From the NCBI GenBank assembly GCA_014905635.1, contig JABVCE010000016.1, positions 744,001 through 808,000 of the forward strand: DNA of 64,000 bases, in the 5' to 3' direction. The DNA comes from Scenedesmus sp. PABB004 (Eukaryota). Below are positions 27,022-40,517 of the stretch, piece after piece; the stretch's first letter is position 1, and each line of letters opens with the position of its first letter. The notes under the pieces are model-generated. The model searched no databases and had not been told where the DNA came from. It saw only the letters and a list, made by a program, of their open reading frames with translations. The position numbers were made by a program, and so were the translations under genes.

Positions 27022-29849
27022 TCAGCCCTTGCCCCCGCACCCGCCGCCGAGCAGCTTGCGCCGCACCGCGTCGCCCGGACGCTCGGGCGCGCGCGCCCGG
27101 CCGCCGCGCCCCCGACCCCCGCCGCGCGCCGCCGCCGCCGCCTCGCCGGCCGCCTCGGCGTCGAGCTCCCGCTGCAGCGCCGCCGCGACGCCCTCGTCCG
27201 TGAAAGCACCGGCCAGCACCGCCTGGTTGTGGGTGGGCGGGGGGCGGCCGCGCCGCGCGCCGCGGCCGCCGCCGCGCCCGGCGTCGCTGCCGCCGCCGGC
27301 ACCTGCCGGCGGCGGCGGCGCAGCCGCGCCGGGCGCCGGCCCCGCGCCGGCTGCCGCCGGCGCTGCTGCGGCGCCCCGAGCTCCCGCCGCTGCGTCGGCC
27401 GGCCGCGGGCGCTTGGAGGGAGGCACATAGTAGCTGGCGGCGTGCCCCACCAGCTCCTGCAGCCTGGCGGCAGTCGCGGCAGTCGCGGCGGCAGCGCAGC
27501 CGCGGTCGGCGCGGGCGCCTCCCCCAGGGCTGCGCCCCCACGCGCGCCCGCGCCGCCCGCGCGCCCGCCCGCGCGCCGCCGCTGGCGCGCGCGCACCTGT
27601 GCTGCGGGATGGCCGCGTCGGCGTCGACCGCGCCCCAGTGGTTATACAGCTCCATGCCATGGCTGACCACGCCGTAGCTCGCGAGCAGCCAGTCGCTGCC
27701 GTCGACCGGCAGCTTCGGCGCCGACGCCAGCAGCTTGGCGCGCAGCGACGCGCTCAGCGCGCCGCCCGCGCCGCCCGCGCCGCCTGGGCTGCCTGGGCTG
27801 CCCGATGCGTCGCCCTCGTCGCCGCCGCCGCCGCGGCGCGGGCTGGCTGGCGGCGGGCTGGGGCTGTCGGGGCGCGCCACCCAGCGGCGCTGCTCCGCCT
27901 GCTCGCGCACCTCGCGCGGGATGATCCACTCGCCGCTGGGCGCGGTCGCGGGATCGCGCAGGCCCGCGTAGGCGTCGGCCGGCGTCGGCTGCTGCTGTGT
28001 CTGTGCCTGCTGCTGCTGAGCCTGCTGCTGCTGCTGAGGCTGAGGCTGCTGGGGCTGCTGCTGCTGCCGTCGAGGCTGCCGAGGCTGTAGGGGCTGCGAC
28101 TGCTGCGCCTGCAGGTGGCTCAACCCCGCTGCCGCCGCCGCCGCCGCCGCCGCGTCCATCTGGCGCCGCAGGCCGGCGCCGATGGTGATGCCCGCGGCGG
28201 CGGCGCCACCGCCTGCGTGCGGCGCCACGCGCAGCGGCTGCTCCGCCCTGCAGGGCAGCGCGCCCAGGGCGTCGGCCGGCGCGGGTGGCTCGCCAGCCGC
28301 AGCTGGCGCGGCGTCGCCGGCCGCAGCTGGCGCGGCGTCGCTGGCCACCGGCGCGCCTGGCGGCGCCCCCGCCTGCTGCGGCGCGGCGGCGCCCGGCAGC
28401 GCGCCCCAGTCGGCCGCCTGCTGCAGGTGGGCCTGGAGCTGCGCGCGCAGGTCCACGACCGCGCGCAGGTGGCCCTGCCGCCGCTGCTGTGCGTCGCCCT
28501 CGGGCAGCTGCAGCTGGCTGAGCATGCGCAGCGCGTCGAGCAGCTGGCGCGCGGCGGCGTGCTGCGCCTGCCGCGCCAGGTCGGCGAGCGTGTCGAGCAC
28601 CGTCGCGCGCCGCGCCGCGTGGGCGGGGTCGGGCGCCCTGCGCGGGCACACGCCGGGCGGGCGCGTGCGGCGTCGGCGCAGGTCTGCGGCGTGCGCAGAG
28701 AAAGCGACCCGCGCGCCGCGCGACTGCGACTCACGCTGGGACCTCAAACTCGCCGACCAGCTCCTCCATGTCCAGCTCAGCGCCGCCGCCCACGGCTGCT
28801 GGCCCGTCCGCCGGCGCAGGGGCTGGCCCCGGCGCCGCTGCTGCCGGCTGCTGCTGCTGCTGCTCCTGCTTCGGGCCCACATCCTCCCACTCCTGCTCGT
28901 CGGCGTCGGCTGCTGCGCCGCCGGCGCCCGCCGCGTCGGACGCGCTCGCCTGCGCACGCGGCAGCGGCTGCGGCGCCGGCGCCTCCTCCTGCTCCCCCGC
29001 CGCCGCCGCCTCCACCGGCTGCGCCAGCAGCTCAAAGCACTCCCGCATCTGGCGCAGCAGGCTCGCCAGCGCGGCGCGCTGCTGCGGCCAGTCGGCGGCA
29101 AACGCGGCGTAGCGCTGCGCGAGCGAGGCCTGGTGCCGCGCGCGGCGCGCCGCCTCGGCGGCGGCCGCCGCCGCGCGCCGGCTGCTGATCTCTGGGAACG
29201 AGTACTGCCGTTTGAGGTAGCGGTACGCCACGGTGACCGCGGGGTAGTGCAGCCCCCAGGCCTCGTGCCACGCCTCGATGGCCTCCAGCGCGCGCTCGCG
29301 CAGCGCGCGCGCAGCGCCCGCCGGCGGCGGCAGCGGCGCGTCGGGGCGGTGCCCGACCGCGAGCGCCACGAAGGCGCTGAACTGCCCTGCCAGCAGGGCG
29401 CGGAAGCGCTTGGAGCGCGCGAAGAGCACGTCGCAGAGCTCCAGCGCCAGCAGGCGCGTCTGCGCGGTGCGCGGCGCGGCGGCAGGGCGGGCGTCGGCGG
29501 CACGGCGGGCGTCGGCGGCGGCGACGGCGTGGGCGGCGGCGCGCGGCGCGGGCGCGCCGCGGGGGGCCTGGTCTGCTGAGTGGCCAGGGCGGCGGCTCGG
29601 CCCGACCTGCGCGTGGCCCGCGGCCAGGCGGTCCATGATGAGGCCGTGCGCGTGGCCCACCAGCTCGTCGCTGCCGCGGAGCAGCGCCTTGAGCTGCGCC
29701 AGCTGCGGCGCGTCCAGCGAGGCCGCCGCGCTGGGTGCGGTGAGGGCGTCCACCAGCGTCGACGCGCGGCGCGCGGCGCCAAAGTCCAGCGGCGGCGCGC
29801 CCGCAGCGGCGGCGCTGCTCGGCGCGGAGCGCGCGGCGCCCTGGTCCAT
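27022..29849 (-). CDS. UVSSA: UV-stimulated scaffold protein A homologue (VHS domain plus DUF2043-like region)
   Basis: LKALLRGSDELV, AQ|TRLLALELCDVLFARSKRFRALL, PLPPPAGAARALRERALEAIEAWHE, YRYLK; C-terminal LLASAPKLP and HWG. Confidence 0.85.
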
Positions 29850-30361
29850 GGGCGCGCCCTCGGCGCGCAGGCGCGCTCCAGGCGGCGCAGATTGCCTGAT
29901 TCCACGTAACGAGCTCGACGGGGGGCCTTGCTGTGCGTCCAGCAGCGCGCTGGAGCGGCCTAGGCGAGCGTCCCGAGCTCGCGCTCTCGGCGTCCCCCCG
30001 GGCCCCGGCGCGCCGCGGCCGCGGTCCGGGCGGTGCGAGCGAGATTGGGCCTGCGCCCTGGCCGGCGACGGGGGCGTGTGGGCGCCGCGCGGGCGCTGGG
30101 GAGGCGCAGCGGGGTTCTTGAAGCGGCGCGCACTCGCGCGCGCCCGCCCCGCGCCGCCCCGAGGCGCGCAGCGCGGCGGCGCGGGCACGATCGGTCGCGC
30201 CAACCCTCGCCCCCGCCCGGCCCGTGCAGCCTCGCCGCGTTGTTGCCGATCTCTCATGCCGCTGCCCCGCCCCGCGCCCGCCCCGCGCCCGCCCGCCCCC
30301 TGAGCCGCATGGCCGGGCGCTCCGGCCGCCGCTAGCGCGCACCCGGGGCGCCGGGGGCACC

Positions 30362-32819
30362 ATGCTGCGCTCCCTGAAGGCCAGCCTCAAGTCCGGCAAG
30401 AAAGCGTCCTCCAGCAGCCCGAAGGACGAGGCGGGCGGCCTGGCCGGCGCCAAGGCGACGGCCAGCGGCGCCGCGAAGGCGCCCGCGGCGGCGGCCAAGC
30501 AGCCCGCGGCGGCACGGGAGAAGCCGGGCCTGCCCATCATCAACGAGCAGGCCCTGGCCCACTACTACGCGGAGCCGCTGCCCTCCTTTCGCGACGTGCC
30601 GCCGGCGGAGAAGCAGCTGCTCTTCGTGCAGAAGCTGCACCTCTGCGCCTTCACGTTCGACTTCAGCGACCCGACCCGGCATGTCCGGGAGAAAGAGATC
30701 AAGCGGCAGACGCTGCTGGAGCTCGTAGACTACGCAAACAGCGGCCAGGGCAAGTTCACGGAGGCGGTGAGCGAGGACATCATCTTCATGCTCGCGCAGA
30801 ACCTGTTCCGCACGCTGCCGCCCTCCCGGAGCCACGACGTGGACAACTTCGACCCCGAGGAGGAGGAGCCCACCCTGGAGCCCGCCTGGCCCCACCTGCA
30901 GGCGCGCGCCGCGCCGCCGCCGGCCGCCGCGCCGCGCCGGCGCGCGCCGCCGCCGCCGCTGCTGCTGCCGCGCGCGCCGCTGCTGCTGGTGCTGCTGCTG
31001 CCGCGCGCGCCGCGGCCGCTGCTCTGCGCGGCCGCCCGGCGGGGCGGCGCGCGCCGACGCGCCCGCCGACGCGCCCGCGCCGCCGCCGCCCGCCCGCCCG
31101 CCCTCGCGTGCGCCGCGCCGCAGATCGTGTACGAGTTCCTGCTGCGCTACGTCGTGTCGAACGACACCGACGCCAAGGTCGCGAAGAAGTACATCGACCA
31201 GCACTTTGTGCTGAAGCTGCTGGAGCTGTTTGACAGCGAGGACCCGCGCGAGCGCGACTACCTCAAGACCATCCTGCACCGCGTGTACGGCAAGTTCATG
31301 GTGCACCGCCCCTTTGTGCGCAAGGCCATCAACAACGTCTTTTACCGCTTCATCTTTGAGACGGAGCACCACAACGGCGTCGCGGAGCTGCTCGAGATAC
31401 TCGGCTCCATCATCAACGGCTTCGCGCTGCCGCTCAAGGAGGAGCACAAGGCGCGCGCGGCGCACGCGGCGTGGCGCGGGGGCGCGCGCGCGGCGTGCGG
31501 CGCGGGCGGCGCGGCGCCCGCGGGACGGCGCCCGCGGGGACCGCCGGGGCGGCAGCGCGGCGGCGGCGGGGGATGGGACAGGGCGGCAGCGCGGCGCGGC
31601 GGGGGGAGGGGTCGACGGGGCGCGACGTGTGTGGCGGCCAGCATGCGCACGCGCGCGCGCGCGCGCGCTCGTCGGCGCGCCGCCGCCTCACGCGCCGCCC
31701 GCCGTCCGCGACCGCGCGCAGCAATTCCTGACGCGGGCGCTCATGCCGCTGCACAAGCCCAAGTGCGTGGCGATGTACCACCAGCAGCTGGCGTACTGCG
31801 TGACGCAGGTGCGGGCGGCGCCGGCGCGGGCGGCAGCAGCAGCGGCGGCGGGAGCAGCAGCGGCGGCGGCAGCGCCGGCGGCAACAGCGGCAGCAGCAGT
31901 GGCGGCAGTGGCAGCGGCGGGAGCAGCGGCGGCGGCGGCAGCGCCGTTGGCAGCAGCCGCAAAGCCGACTGCGGCTGTGGCGGCAGCAGGGCGGCAGCAG
32001 CAGCAGCAGCACCGCGGCGAGCCAGCGCAGCGGCGGCCCGCCCGCGCTCAGCCCCGCCCGCCCGCGCGCGCGCAGTTTGTGGAGAAGGACCCCAAGCTCG
32101 CAGAGCCGGTGCTGCTGCAGCTGCTCAAGTTCTGGCCGCTCACCAACAGCCAGAAGGAGGTGCTCTTCCTGGGCGAGCTCGAGGAGATCCTGGAGCTCAC
32201 GCAGCCGCTCGAGTTCCAGCGCGTGCTGGTGCCCCTCTTCAAGCAGCTCGCGCGCTGCCTCACCTCGGCGCACTTCCAGGCACGCGCCGCCGCGACGCGC
32301 CGCGCCGCGCGCGCGGCGGCACGAGCAGCGCCCGCAGCAGCGCGGCGGCAGGCACGGCACGCGGCGCGGCGCGCTCACGCGCCTCCTCCCCGCGCGCGCC
32401 CGCCCGCGTGCACCCGCGCCCGCCCGCGTGCGCCCCGCCAGGTCGCCGAGCGCAGCCTGTTCCTGTGGAACCACGAGTACATCATCACGCTCGTCGCGCA
32501 GTACCGCCAGGCGGTGCTGCCGATCGTGTTTGGCGCGCTCGAGGAGAACGCCAACAGCCACTGGAACCCCGCGGTGCACGGCCTGACCTGCAACGTGCGC
32601 AAGATGTTCATGGAGCTCGACGAGGCGCTGTACGAGGAGTGCCGCGCGCGCTACGAGGACGAGCAGCAGCAGCGGCGCACGAAAGAGGAGCAGCGGACGC
32701 AGGAGTGGCAGCAGATGCAGCAGCGCGCGCGCGCGAGCGCGGCGCAAAAGGGCCTGCCCAACTGCGTCGTCAACTGCAGCGCCACGTACCAGCCGATCCT
32801 CATCCGCAGCAAGAGCTGA
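30362..32819 (+). CDS. Protein phosphatase 2A regulatory subunit B' (B56), 5 exons
   Basis: [80 protein letters not shown]. Confidence 0.97.
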
Positions 32820-33762
32820 GGCGCGGCGCGCCGCCGTGCGGCGGCGCGCCGCGCGGCGGGCCGCGGCGCCCGCTGCGGCGGGGGGCGGACGACGGGCCGC
32901 GCGCGCGCCCGCGGCGGGCCGGCGGCGCGGCGGCGCCCGCGGCAGCGGCCGTGGCGCGCCCCGCGGGCGCCGGGGGGCGGCGGCCGCTGCGCCCTGCAGC
33001 TGCAGGTGGCGGGCGGCGCGCGCCCCTCGGCGCGCCGGGCGGCGCGGGCGGGCGCTCGCTGCTGCGTGCGCGCCGGGCGGGAGGCGGCTGGCATGGCATG
33101 CCTGCCCGCCGAGCACATTCATGGCGTCTGCCGCTCGGCGCCAGCGAATGAACGCGAGGGAGCGGCGCCGGCGGCGCGGCGGCGCGCACGCGCCCGCCAC
33201 GCCGCCGGCGCGCTCGGCCTGGCGGACGCAGCAGCCTCGGGGGCGTGCGGCGCGGCCAACGGGCGCGCGGCCGGCGGAGCGCCGCGCGGTGCCCGCGCTG
33301 CAGCGGAGCAGCGCGGCACACGGCGGGCGCAGCGGAGGGCCGCGGCGCACGCGGGGGCGGCGCGCGCCCCGGTGCGCCCGGCAGCTGCCGGCCGGCGCGG
33401 CTTCGGCCCCTGCGCGTTTTGCTTACGGCGCGCCCCGCTGCATGCACTGCACCCTTGACAAGCGCCACGGCGCGGCGGCGCTGCTGCACGGTGCGGCGGG
33501 CGCGGTGACTCTGGCACTGCGTGCGGGGGACGGATAGTCAGCTGGGATGGACGGGGGACGGGGCGGAGTTGGCGTGGCGCGCGGCGGGTGTGCGCGTGGC
33601 TGGCTGTGCGCAGCGCGCGGCGCTGCTGCGGCCGGCGCTGTATTTGTAGGCACCGCAGCTCAATCTTCGCCTGCCGGGCGGCGCGGCCCGGGCCCGGGCG
33701 CGCAGCGCCGCCGCCGCACGCCCGCCGCCCTGGTTTCGCGCTCACATGAGCGCGGCACGGCG

Positions 33763-33767
33763 TGTAA
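33763..33767 (+). promoter_or_regulatory. TGTAA poly(A) signal, probably for PP2A B' (long 3' UTR)
   Basis: First + strand TGTAA I found after the stop at 32819. Confidence 0.5.
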
Positions 33768-33923
33768 AGTGGCTTCTGCAGTGGCACGCGTTAACACGCG
33801 CGCGCACGGCACTGGACGCGCCGCGGCAGCCACGATCGATCGCGGGCGCTGCAAGCGGCAGCCGCTGCCTGCCCCGCGCGCACACGCGCCCGCAGCCGCC
33901 ACCCGACCACCCGCACGGCCCCG

Positions 33924-34789
33924 TCACTCCATGACCACCTTGCCGCCCACTGCAGGCGGCGGCGGCAGCGGCAGCGGGGTGAGCGCAGGTGCGCGGGCGC
34001 CGCAGCAGCGGCCACGGCCGCGGCGGCAGCAGCGTGGCGGCGGCCAGGGCGCGCACCTGCTTCTAGCTGCTTCTGCATCGCCTCCGCGTCCGCCTTGCTC
34101 ACGCCGGTCTTGATGACCACGGGCGCCTTCTCGACCTGCGGAGGAGCGCGCGCAGCGCGCGGCGGCGGTGAGGCCGGCCCGCGTGAGGCCGCGCAGCCGG
34201 CGGCAGCACTGCGCCGCGCCGCCCGCCCGTCCCCCGAGCGCGCCCCGCCCCTCCTCCTCCTCCTCCTCCGCCGCCGCCGCGCCCGCGCGCCGCCGCGCGC
34301 GCGCGCGCGCCGCGGGCGCACCAGCTCCTTGGCCTCCTTGAGGCCCAGCGCCGTGAGCGCGCGGATCTCCTTGATGACCTTGATCTTGCCCTCCGGCGTG
34401 AAGGACTCCAGCTTGACGTCAAACTCGGTCTTCTCCTTGGCCGGCGGCGCCGCGTCGGCCTCGGGCGCGGCGCCGGCCGCCGGCGGCGGCGCCGCCATCG
34501 CGGCGGCCATCATCGGCACCGCCGCGCCGCGCGGCACGCCGAGCTTTTCCCGCAGCAGGTTGCTGAGCTGGCTGCACTCCAGCACGCTCAGGGACATGAT
34601 GTCCTGGGCCAGCTGCTGCACGCGCTCGCCCGGCGCCTCGGCGTCGTCCGCTGGGTGATCACCCGCCGCCGCCGCGAGCGCTCTGCTGCCCCCGCCCCCC
34701 AGCAGGCGCGCGCAGGCACCGCCGGGCGCGCCCGGCGCCCAGGCCGCCTGCTGCGCGGCACGCGCGGCCGCCAGCAGCGCGAGCCGCAT
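33924..34789 (-). CDS. Organellar (probably mitochondrial) ribosomal protein L7/L12 (bL12), 3 exons
   Basis: Transit-like N-terminus, [50 protein letters not shown]. Confidence 0.93.
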
Positions 34790-35202
34790 GCTGCTGCTCC
34801 GCGATGCGGGGGCCGCCTGGGGCGCCGGCGCGGGTCCGAGGGTCGCGCTGGGCCTTCCCGGGCGCGGCGATCAGTGCGGGCCGCCCTCCGGCGGTGTCCG
34901 CCGGCGCGCAGGAGCAGGCGCTGCGCGGGTGGCCGCGACCGGCGGTGCCTCCCGGGTGCCTGCGTCCAGCGAGCGCGCGGTTGCGGGCCTGCGGGGGCGC
35001 GGATGCTCGTGGAGGCCCAGGGGCGTCCGCCCAGCAGCAGCCGGGCGGCGGGGCTCAAGCAGCGGCGGCGCAGGGCTCAGCGAGCAGCGGCCGCAGCCGG
35101 GGCGCGGCGGCGGCAGCCGGGGCGCGGCGGCGGCGGTGGGTGCTGCGCCGGCGAGAAGACAGCTGCGTCTCGTTTGCAGGTGATCATCGATGCCCAGTGC
35201 AG

Positions 35203-35237
<35 letters not shown>

Positions 35238-35412
35238 GCGTCGCCCGTCGCTCCTGCTCGTGTCGCACGGCCGGCCGCGCGGCGGCCAGCCCTCTCCTAG
35301 ACAAGCACACGTCGACGCTCGCGCTCCCCCGGCCGCAGGCGCGACAGCCCTGCCAGCGCGCTGGGCCGGGCGGGCCTGCCGCGCCGCGCCGCGCCGCGCC
35401 GCCGCCTAGCGG

Positions 35413-36487
35413 CTACTCGGTCTTGCCGTCATTGTCGTGCCCCCCACTGGCGGCTGCCCGCTCGCTGCGGGCGGCGGGGGCGGGGCGGCGGGCGGGGGTG
35501 AGCGCCTGGCGCCGCTGCCGGGGGCGGCGCTCCCGCGCGCTGCAGCACCGCACGCCGCCCCCGCGAGCGCGTCGCGTGCGCGTGCGCATGCGCTCACCCC
35601 GCCGGCTGCTGGTTGCTGTACAGGGTGTAATAGTTCCACCCCGCACCCATCCACAGCGTCGACAGGCCTGCAGCGCGCAGGTCAAAGCGCGCGTCAGGGT
35701 CGCGCGGTTGCGCCCGCCTGCTGCCGCCGGCCACGGCGCGTCGCGCGCCACGCCCTGCCGCCGCCCGCTGTCCCCCTGCCGCCGCCCGCTGCCCCGCTGC
35801 CCCGCTGCCGCCGCCCGCTGTGCCCCCTGCCGCCGCCGGCTGCCCCGCTGCCGCCGGCCGCAGCGCAGGCGCACCTGCGATGACCATCGGCGCCGCCGCG
35901 CCGCGCAGGCTCATCGTCTTGAACACCAGCAGCTCCGTCGCAAAGTGCGTCAGCGCCACCACGAACGACAGCAGCGTCGCGCCTGCCGCGGCGGCGGGCG
36001 TGTGGTGGGGGCGCGCGCCCGACAGTCGGCGCCGCGCCGCGCTGCTCGCCCGCCCCGCCCGCCGCCGGCTGCGCCCGGATCGCGCCGCGCTGGGGCCACG
36101 TCGCTGGCCGGTCCCGGGACGGCGCCGACGCGCACCGTAGATGGCGGCGTTGGTGGGGTTGCGCGCGCAAATGAGGCACAGCCCGCATGTCAGCACCGTC
36201 CAGGTCGCAAACAGGCGGCCGTACAGGTCGTTCACTGCGAGCGGGGCGGCGAGGGCGTCACGCTTTCCCCGTCGGAGGCCTCGCTGCGCCGTTGGGCGGG
36301 CCGTTCGCCGCGCCAGGCGGCCGCGAAGGCGGGCCCAGGCGCTCCCGCGCTCACCCAGGCCCGGCTGCAGGTCTATGAGCGCCGTGCGGAAGCGCCCTGG
36401 GTCAAACAGGCCTATGTAGACCGACAGTAGCCGCAGGCCGGCCACCACGACCAGCCATCGCGACAGGGCGACGGCCCCTTGTGACAT
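35413..36487 (-). CDS. ERG28: Ergosterol biosynthesis protein ERG28, 5 exons
   Basis: WLVVVAGLRLLSVYIG, LYGRLFATWTVLTCGLCLICA, ATLLSFVVALTHFATELLVFKTM, PMVIAGLSTLWM; the final exon GGHDNDGKTE* is inferred. Confidence 0.9.
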
Positions 36488-36823
36488 CGGGCGCCCAGGC
36501 TGCTCGCGGGCGCCCCTGCGCGCGCGGGGAGGGAGCCGGTGCCCAGCTCCAGGAGAGCGCTGCGTGTGGAGGGCGGCCGTGCGGCGGGCGGTCTGCGCGG
36601 CGGCGGCGGCGCGCGCGGGGCGCAGCGCGGCCGCTGCGCCCGAACCCTTGCCGCCGCACTGCAACGCGCCCGCCGCAGCGAGCCAGTCAACAGGCGACAG
36701 CACGCTCTGCCCACCCGGGAGGCGCGGACGTCGGGGGCGACGACTCTGGCGCGCCGCGCAACCGCTGCCGCTGCGCGCCGCCGGCCGCCCGCGCCTGCTG
36801 GCCGCCCGTCGCGCGCTCACGCC

Positions 36824-37519
36824 ATGGAGGGCGGCGGGCATCAGCCCAAGGTCGGCGCCGGGGGTGATCTGGAGCGGGGGCAGGCAGCGGCGCGCGCGCC
36901 GCAGCAGCAGCAGCAGCGGGCGCGCCGCGGCAGGCGCCAGCCGCCGCCGCTGCGCACGCGAACGCAGGCCCGGCCCGGCGTGAGCGGCGTGTTCAACCTG
37001 GTGCCCGCGGGCCTGCTGCAGCGCAAGCGCAAGTACGTGGCGGCGCGCTTCCCCCAGGCGAGCGAGCGGCAGCGCGGCGGGCGCAGCAGACGGCCGGCGC
37101 CGACCTGCTGGGCCGCTGCTGTGGCGGGCTGCTGGGCCGCGGCACGAGCGTGCGGCGCTGCCCGGCGGCCGCAGGGCCCGCCCAACTTCAAGGGTGACCT
37201 CTCCCTCGGCGTGGACGCCGCCGCCGCGCCAGTGATCAGGCCGAGGGATGGGTGCGCCCGCGCCGCGCGCGCCGCGCCGCCCGCGCGCGGCCGCCGTGGC
37301 CGGACGCCGCCGCGACCGCGCGCCGCCGCCGCCCGCCGCCCGCAGCGCGCCCGCCCCGCCACCTAAGCAGCCCGCGCTGCTGCTCGGCGCCAAGGGCGGC
37401 GCGGGGCGCCAGATGCAGGGCCTGCCGCGCACGGACCAGAGCAGCACCTATTTTGTGCTTATGAAGGTGCGCGGCCCGCGCGTGGGGCAGCGCTGCAGCA
37501 CCATCGCCGCGCGCGTCGA

Positions 37520-37582
<63 letters not shown>

Positions 37583-40247
37583 AGTCTGGGCGCGACTTTT
37601 CGGTGTACCCGCTGGAGGGCAGCTACACGTTCAAGCCCGTCGCCAGGTGGGACGCGCGGCGGCGGCGCGTGCTGCCAGGGCGGCTGCCGCACCGCGCGGC
37701 GGGGGCGCGACCGCGCCCGCGGCGCGCCCGCAGGCCGACCGCGGTGACCATCGAGGAGGTCGAGGCGGCGCAGCGCGGCCCCGCGGCGGCGGCGGCCGCG
37801 TCGGCAGCGGCCGACGCGGCGCTGCTCATGCCCCGCTCGCTGCGCGCCGCGCTCAAGGACGAGGCGGCCGCGGCGGCGGCGGACCGGCGGCTGCGCGAGG
37901 AGGCGGGGGTGAGCGGCTCGGCGGGCCCCGCCGCCGCGCGCCGCGCCCTCGAGCTGCCGGCCCGCGGCCGCCCCGACCGACCGCCGCGCCGCTCCGCGCC
38001 GCGCCGCAGACCGTGCTCGAGGGCGGCAAGGTGGCGGAGCTCGCCGTGCGCTACGCCGCCACCGGCAGCGCGGCCGCCGGCGCCGGCGGGGGCGGCGGCA
38101 GCAAGCTGGTGCTGCACGCCGACGACGACGAGGAGGGCGGCAGCGACGACATGGACTTTGGCGGTGCGCGGCGGGGCGCCGCGGAGCGCTGCCGGGAGCG
38201 GCGCAGGCCGCGGCAGCGGGCGCGCCCGCAGCGGCCGGCCCCGCGCCCTCCACAGCGCCGCGCCGCGCCGTGCGCACGCAGGCGACGACGACGACGACGC
38301 GGCGCGGCGGCGCGCCGGCAAGGGCCCGCGCCGCGACGAGCCCGCGGGGCGCGGCGGCGGCGGCGGCGCCCGCGGCAAAGCAGGCGCGCGCGCACAGTGC
38401 CGCGCGCGCTCGCCGCGGGCCTGCCCTGCCGGCGCTCGCCGCCCGGGCGCGCCTGTCACGCGCGCCGTGCCGAGCCCCGCGCCCGCCGCCGCCGCCGCGG
38501 CGCAGGCAAGGGCGCGGCGGGGCCTGACATCCCGGAGGACGAGGCGCCGGAGGACATATACGCGGGCGAGGAGGACGAGCTCCGCCCCGAGCGCCCCACC
38601 AAGGCGCGCCGCCGCCGCGAGCGGCGGCGCCGGCGCCGGCGCGGCCGTGCCGCGAGCGGGGCCTGCGCGAGCGCGCCGGCGCGCACACCGGCCGCCGCGC
38701 GTCCGCCGCGTGTCCGCCGCGCGTCGCACGCCGCCCGCCGCGCCGCCGTTTGTTCCACGCAGGCGGACGACTGGGAGTTTGAGGCGGACCACGACGACGA
38801 CGACCTGGCGCAGGGCGCCAGCGACGAGGAGGGCCTGGACGACGACCCGGGCCTGCGCAGGGAGCTGGGTGCGGCGCAGCGCGGCGCGCCCGGGGCGCAC
38901 GCAGCGTGCGCAGCGCGCGTACACAGCGCGCCGCCCGCCCAGCGCGCCGGCGAGCCCGCCGCCGCCGTCGCCGCCGCCGCCGCGGGTGCATGCGTGCGCG
39001 TGCGTGCGTGTGCGTGTGTGTGCGCGCCTGCAGGGATCGAGGGCGACGAGGAGGAGGAGGAGGAGAAGAAGAAGCGCGAGGCGGAGCTCGCGGCGGACGC
39101 CGAGGCCGCGGCCGCCGGCGGCGCGGGCGGCGCTGCGGGTGCGCGGCGGCGGCGCGGCGCCCGCGCCGCGGCGTGCCCCACCCCCGCGCCGCACCCGCGG
39201 ACGTGCCGGCCCGCCGCTCGCCACCCGCCGCTCGCCGCGCGCTGACCTGGCCGCCTGCTGGCCGCCTGCCGGCGCCGCGCCCCGCCGCCAGGCGGCGCGG
39301 AGGGCGAGCTGGAGGGCGAGCTGGAGGGCGACGGGGAGGGCGACATGGCAGACCTGGACGGCGACGACGACGACTATGGTGATGACTACGGGGAGGACTT
39401 TGACGCGGACGACCTGGACCGCCTCGCGGCGGAGCGGGAGGTGCGCAGGGAGAGGGGGTGCAGGGCGGGAGGGAGGCAGGTGCAATGCGGGAGGGAGGCC
39501 GGCGAGGACGGAGGGAGGGAGGGAGGGAGGCAGGGGAGGCAGCGCGCCGACGCTGTACCGCTCGGCCCGGCGGCCCGGCGCCGCCCGCAGAACGACACGC
39601 TCGGCGGCCCGGCGCTCAAGCGCCGCAAGCAGTCAGCGGGCTCCGGCGGCAGCGACCGCTCGCCCGCGCCGGCCGCGCTGCGCGCCGCGACGCCGCCCGG
39701 GGGCGGCACGCCCGGCGGTGGGCGCGACGCCACGCCCCCGGTCGGCGCGCCAGCGGCGCGCGGCGGCGGGCAGCTCACGCCGCCGCAGGGCGGCGGGCAG
39801 CGGCTCACGCCGCCCGCCAGCGGCGGCGCGAAGCGCAAGCGCGACCCGGCCGAGCCGGGCGGCGACGGCGAGGTTGACTGGCTGCCCAGGCCGGAGGTGG
39901 ACGCGCAGGGCGTGCCGACGACTGAGAGCATCGCGGCCGCGCTGCGCATGGCGGGGCCGATCCTGACCGACAAGCTCAACCAGCTGACGGTGCGGACGCG
40001 CTGCGCGCGCCGTCGGGAGCGCGCTGCGCTGGCTGCGGAGCCGCGCGGCTGCGGAACCGGCGCGGCGGCGGCGGCGCGCTCGCCGCGACGCGCGCGCCCC
40101 GCGCGGCATGTCGGCGGCGGCACGCCGCAGGTCCACTTTCTGGGCAAGTCCGCCTCTGACGAGGCCAAGATCCTGTTCAAGCGGCGCCTGCTGATGGTGG
40201 CACGGGTGGAGGTCATCGACGGCCGCAAGCACATGGTGCTCAAGTGA
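36824..40247 (+). CDS. Transcription initiation factor IIF subunit alpha (RAP74)
   Basis: KYVAARFPQ|GPPNF, STYFVLMK|SGRDFSVYPLEGSYTFKPVAR, VTIEEVE, acidic DDWEFEADHDDDD region, C-terminal winged-helix-like segment ending KHMVLK. Assigned by recalled similarity to plant RAP74. Confidence 0.75.
37519..37580. repeat. (CCG)n trinucleotide repeat in a TFIIF-alpha intron
   Basis: About 20 units, directly visible. Confidence 0.9.
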
Positions 40248-40512
40248 GGGAGGGAGGCCTGTGCAGCGACAACGCACCCCCTGCCCCCCGTTGGCAGAGA
40301 AGCCGAGCCGAGCCGCGGGCCTGCTGCGGAGCCGCCGCGGAGCTGAGCGGCTCTGCAGGGAGGCCTCGCCGCCAGCCAAGGCTGGCGGCCGAGTTGCGGC
40401 GCTGCGGGCTGTGAGCCTCCTCGCGCGTGCGCGGTGCGTGCTGTGTGACCGCCGAGCCGCTGTCATCGCGGCTGTGCCGCCCGTAGCCCGCGCGTCGCGG
40501 TCGCGTCATGCG

Positions 40513-40517
40513 TTACA
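40513..40517 (-). promoter_or_regulatory. TGTAA poly(A) signal for the LysM-LRR gene
   Basis: ttaca about 320 nt after the minus-strand stop at 40837. Confidence 0.55.
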
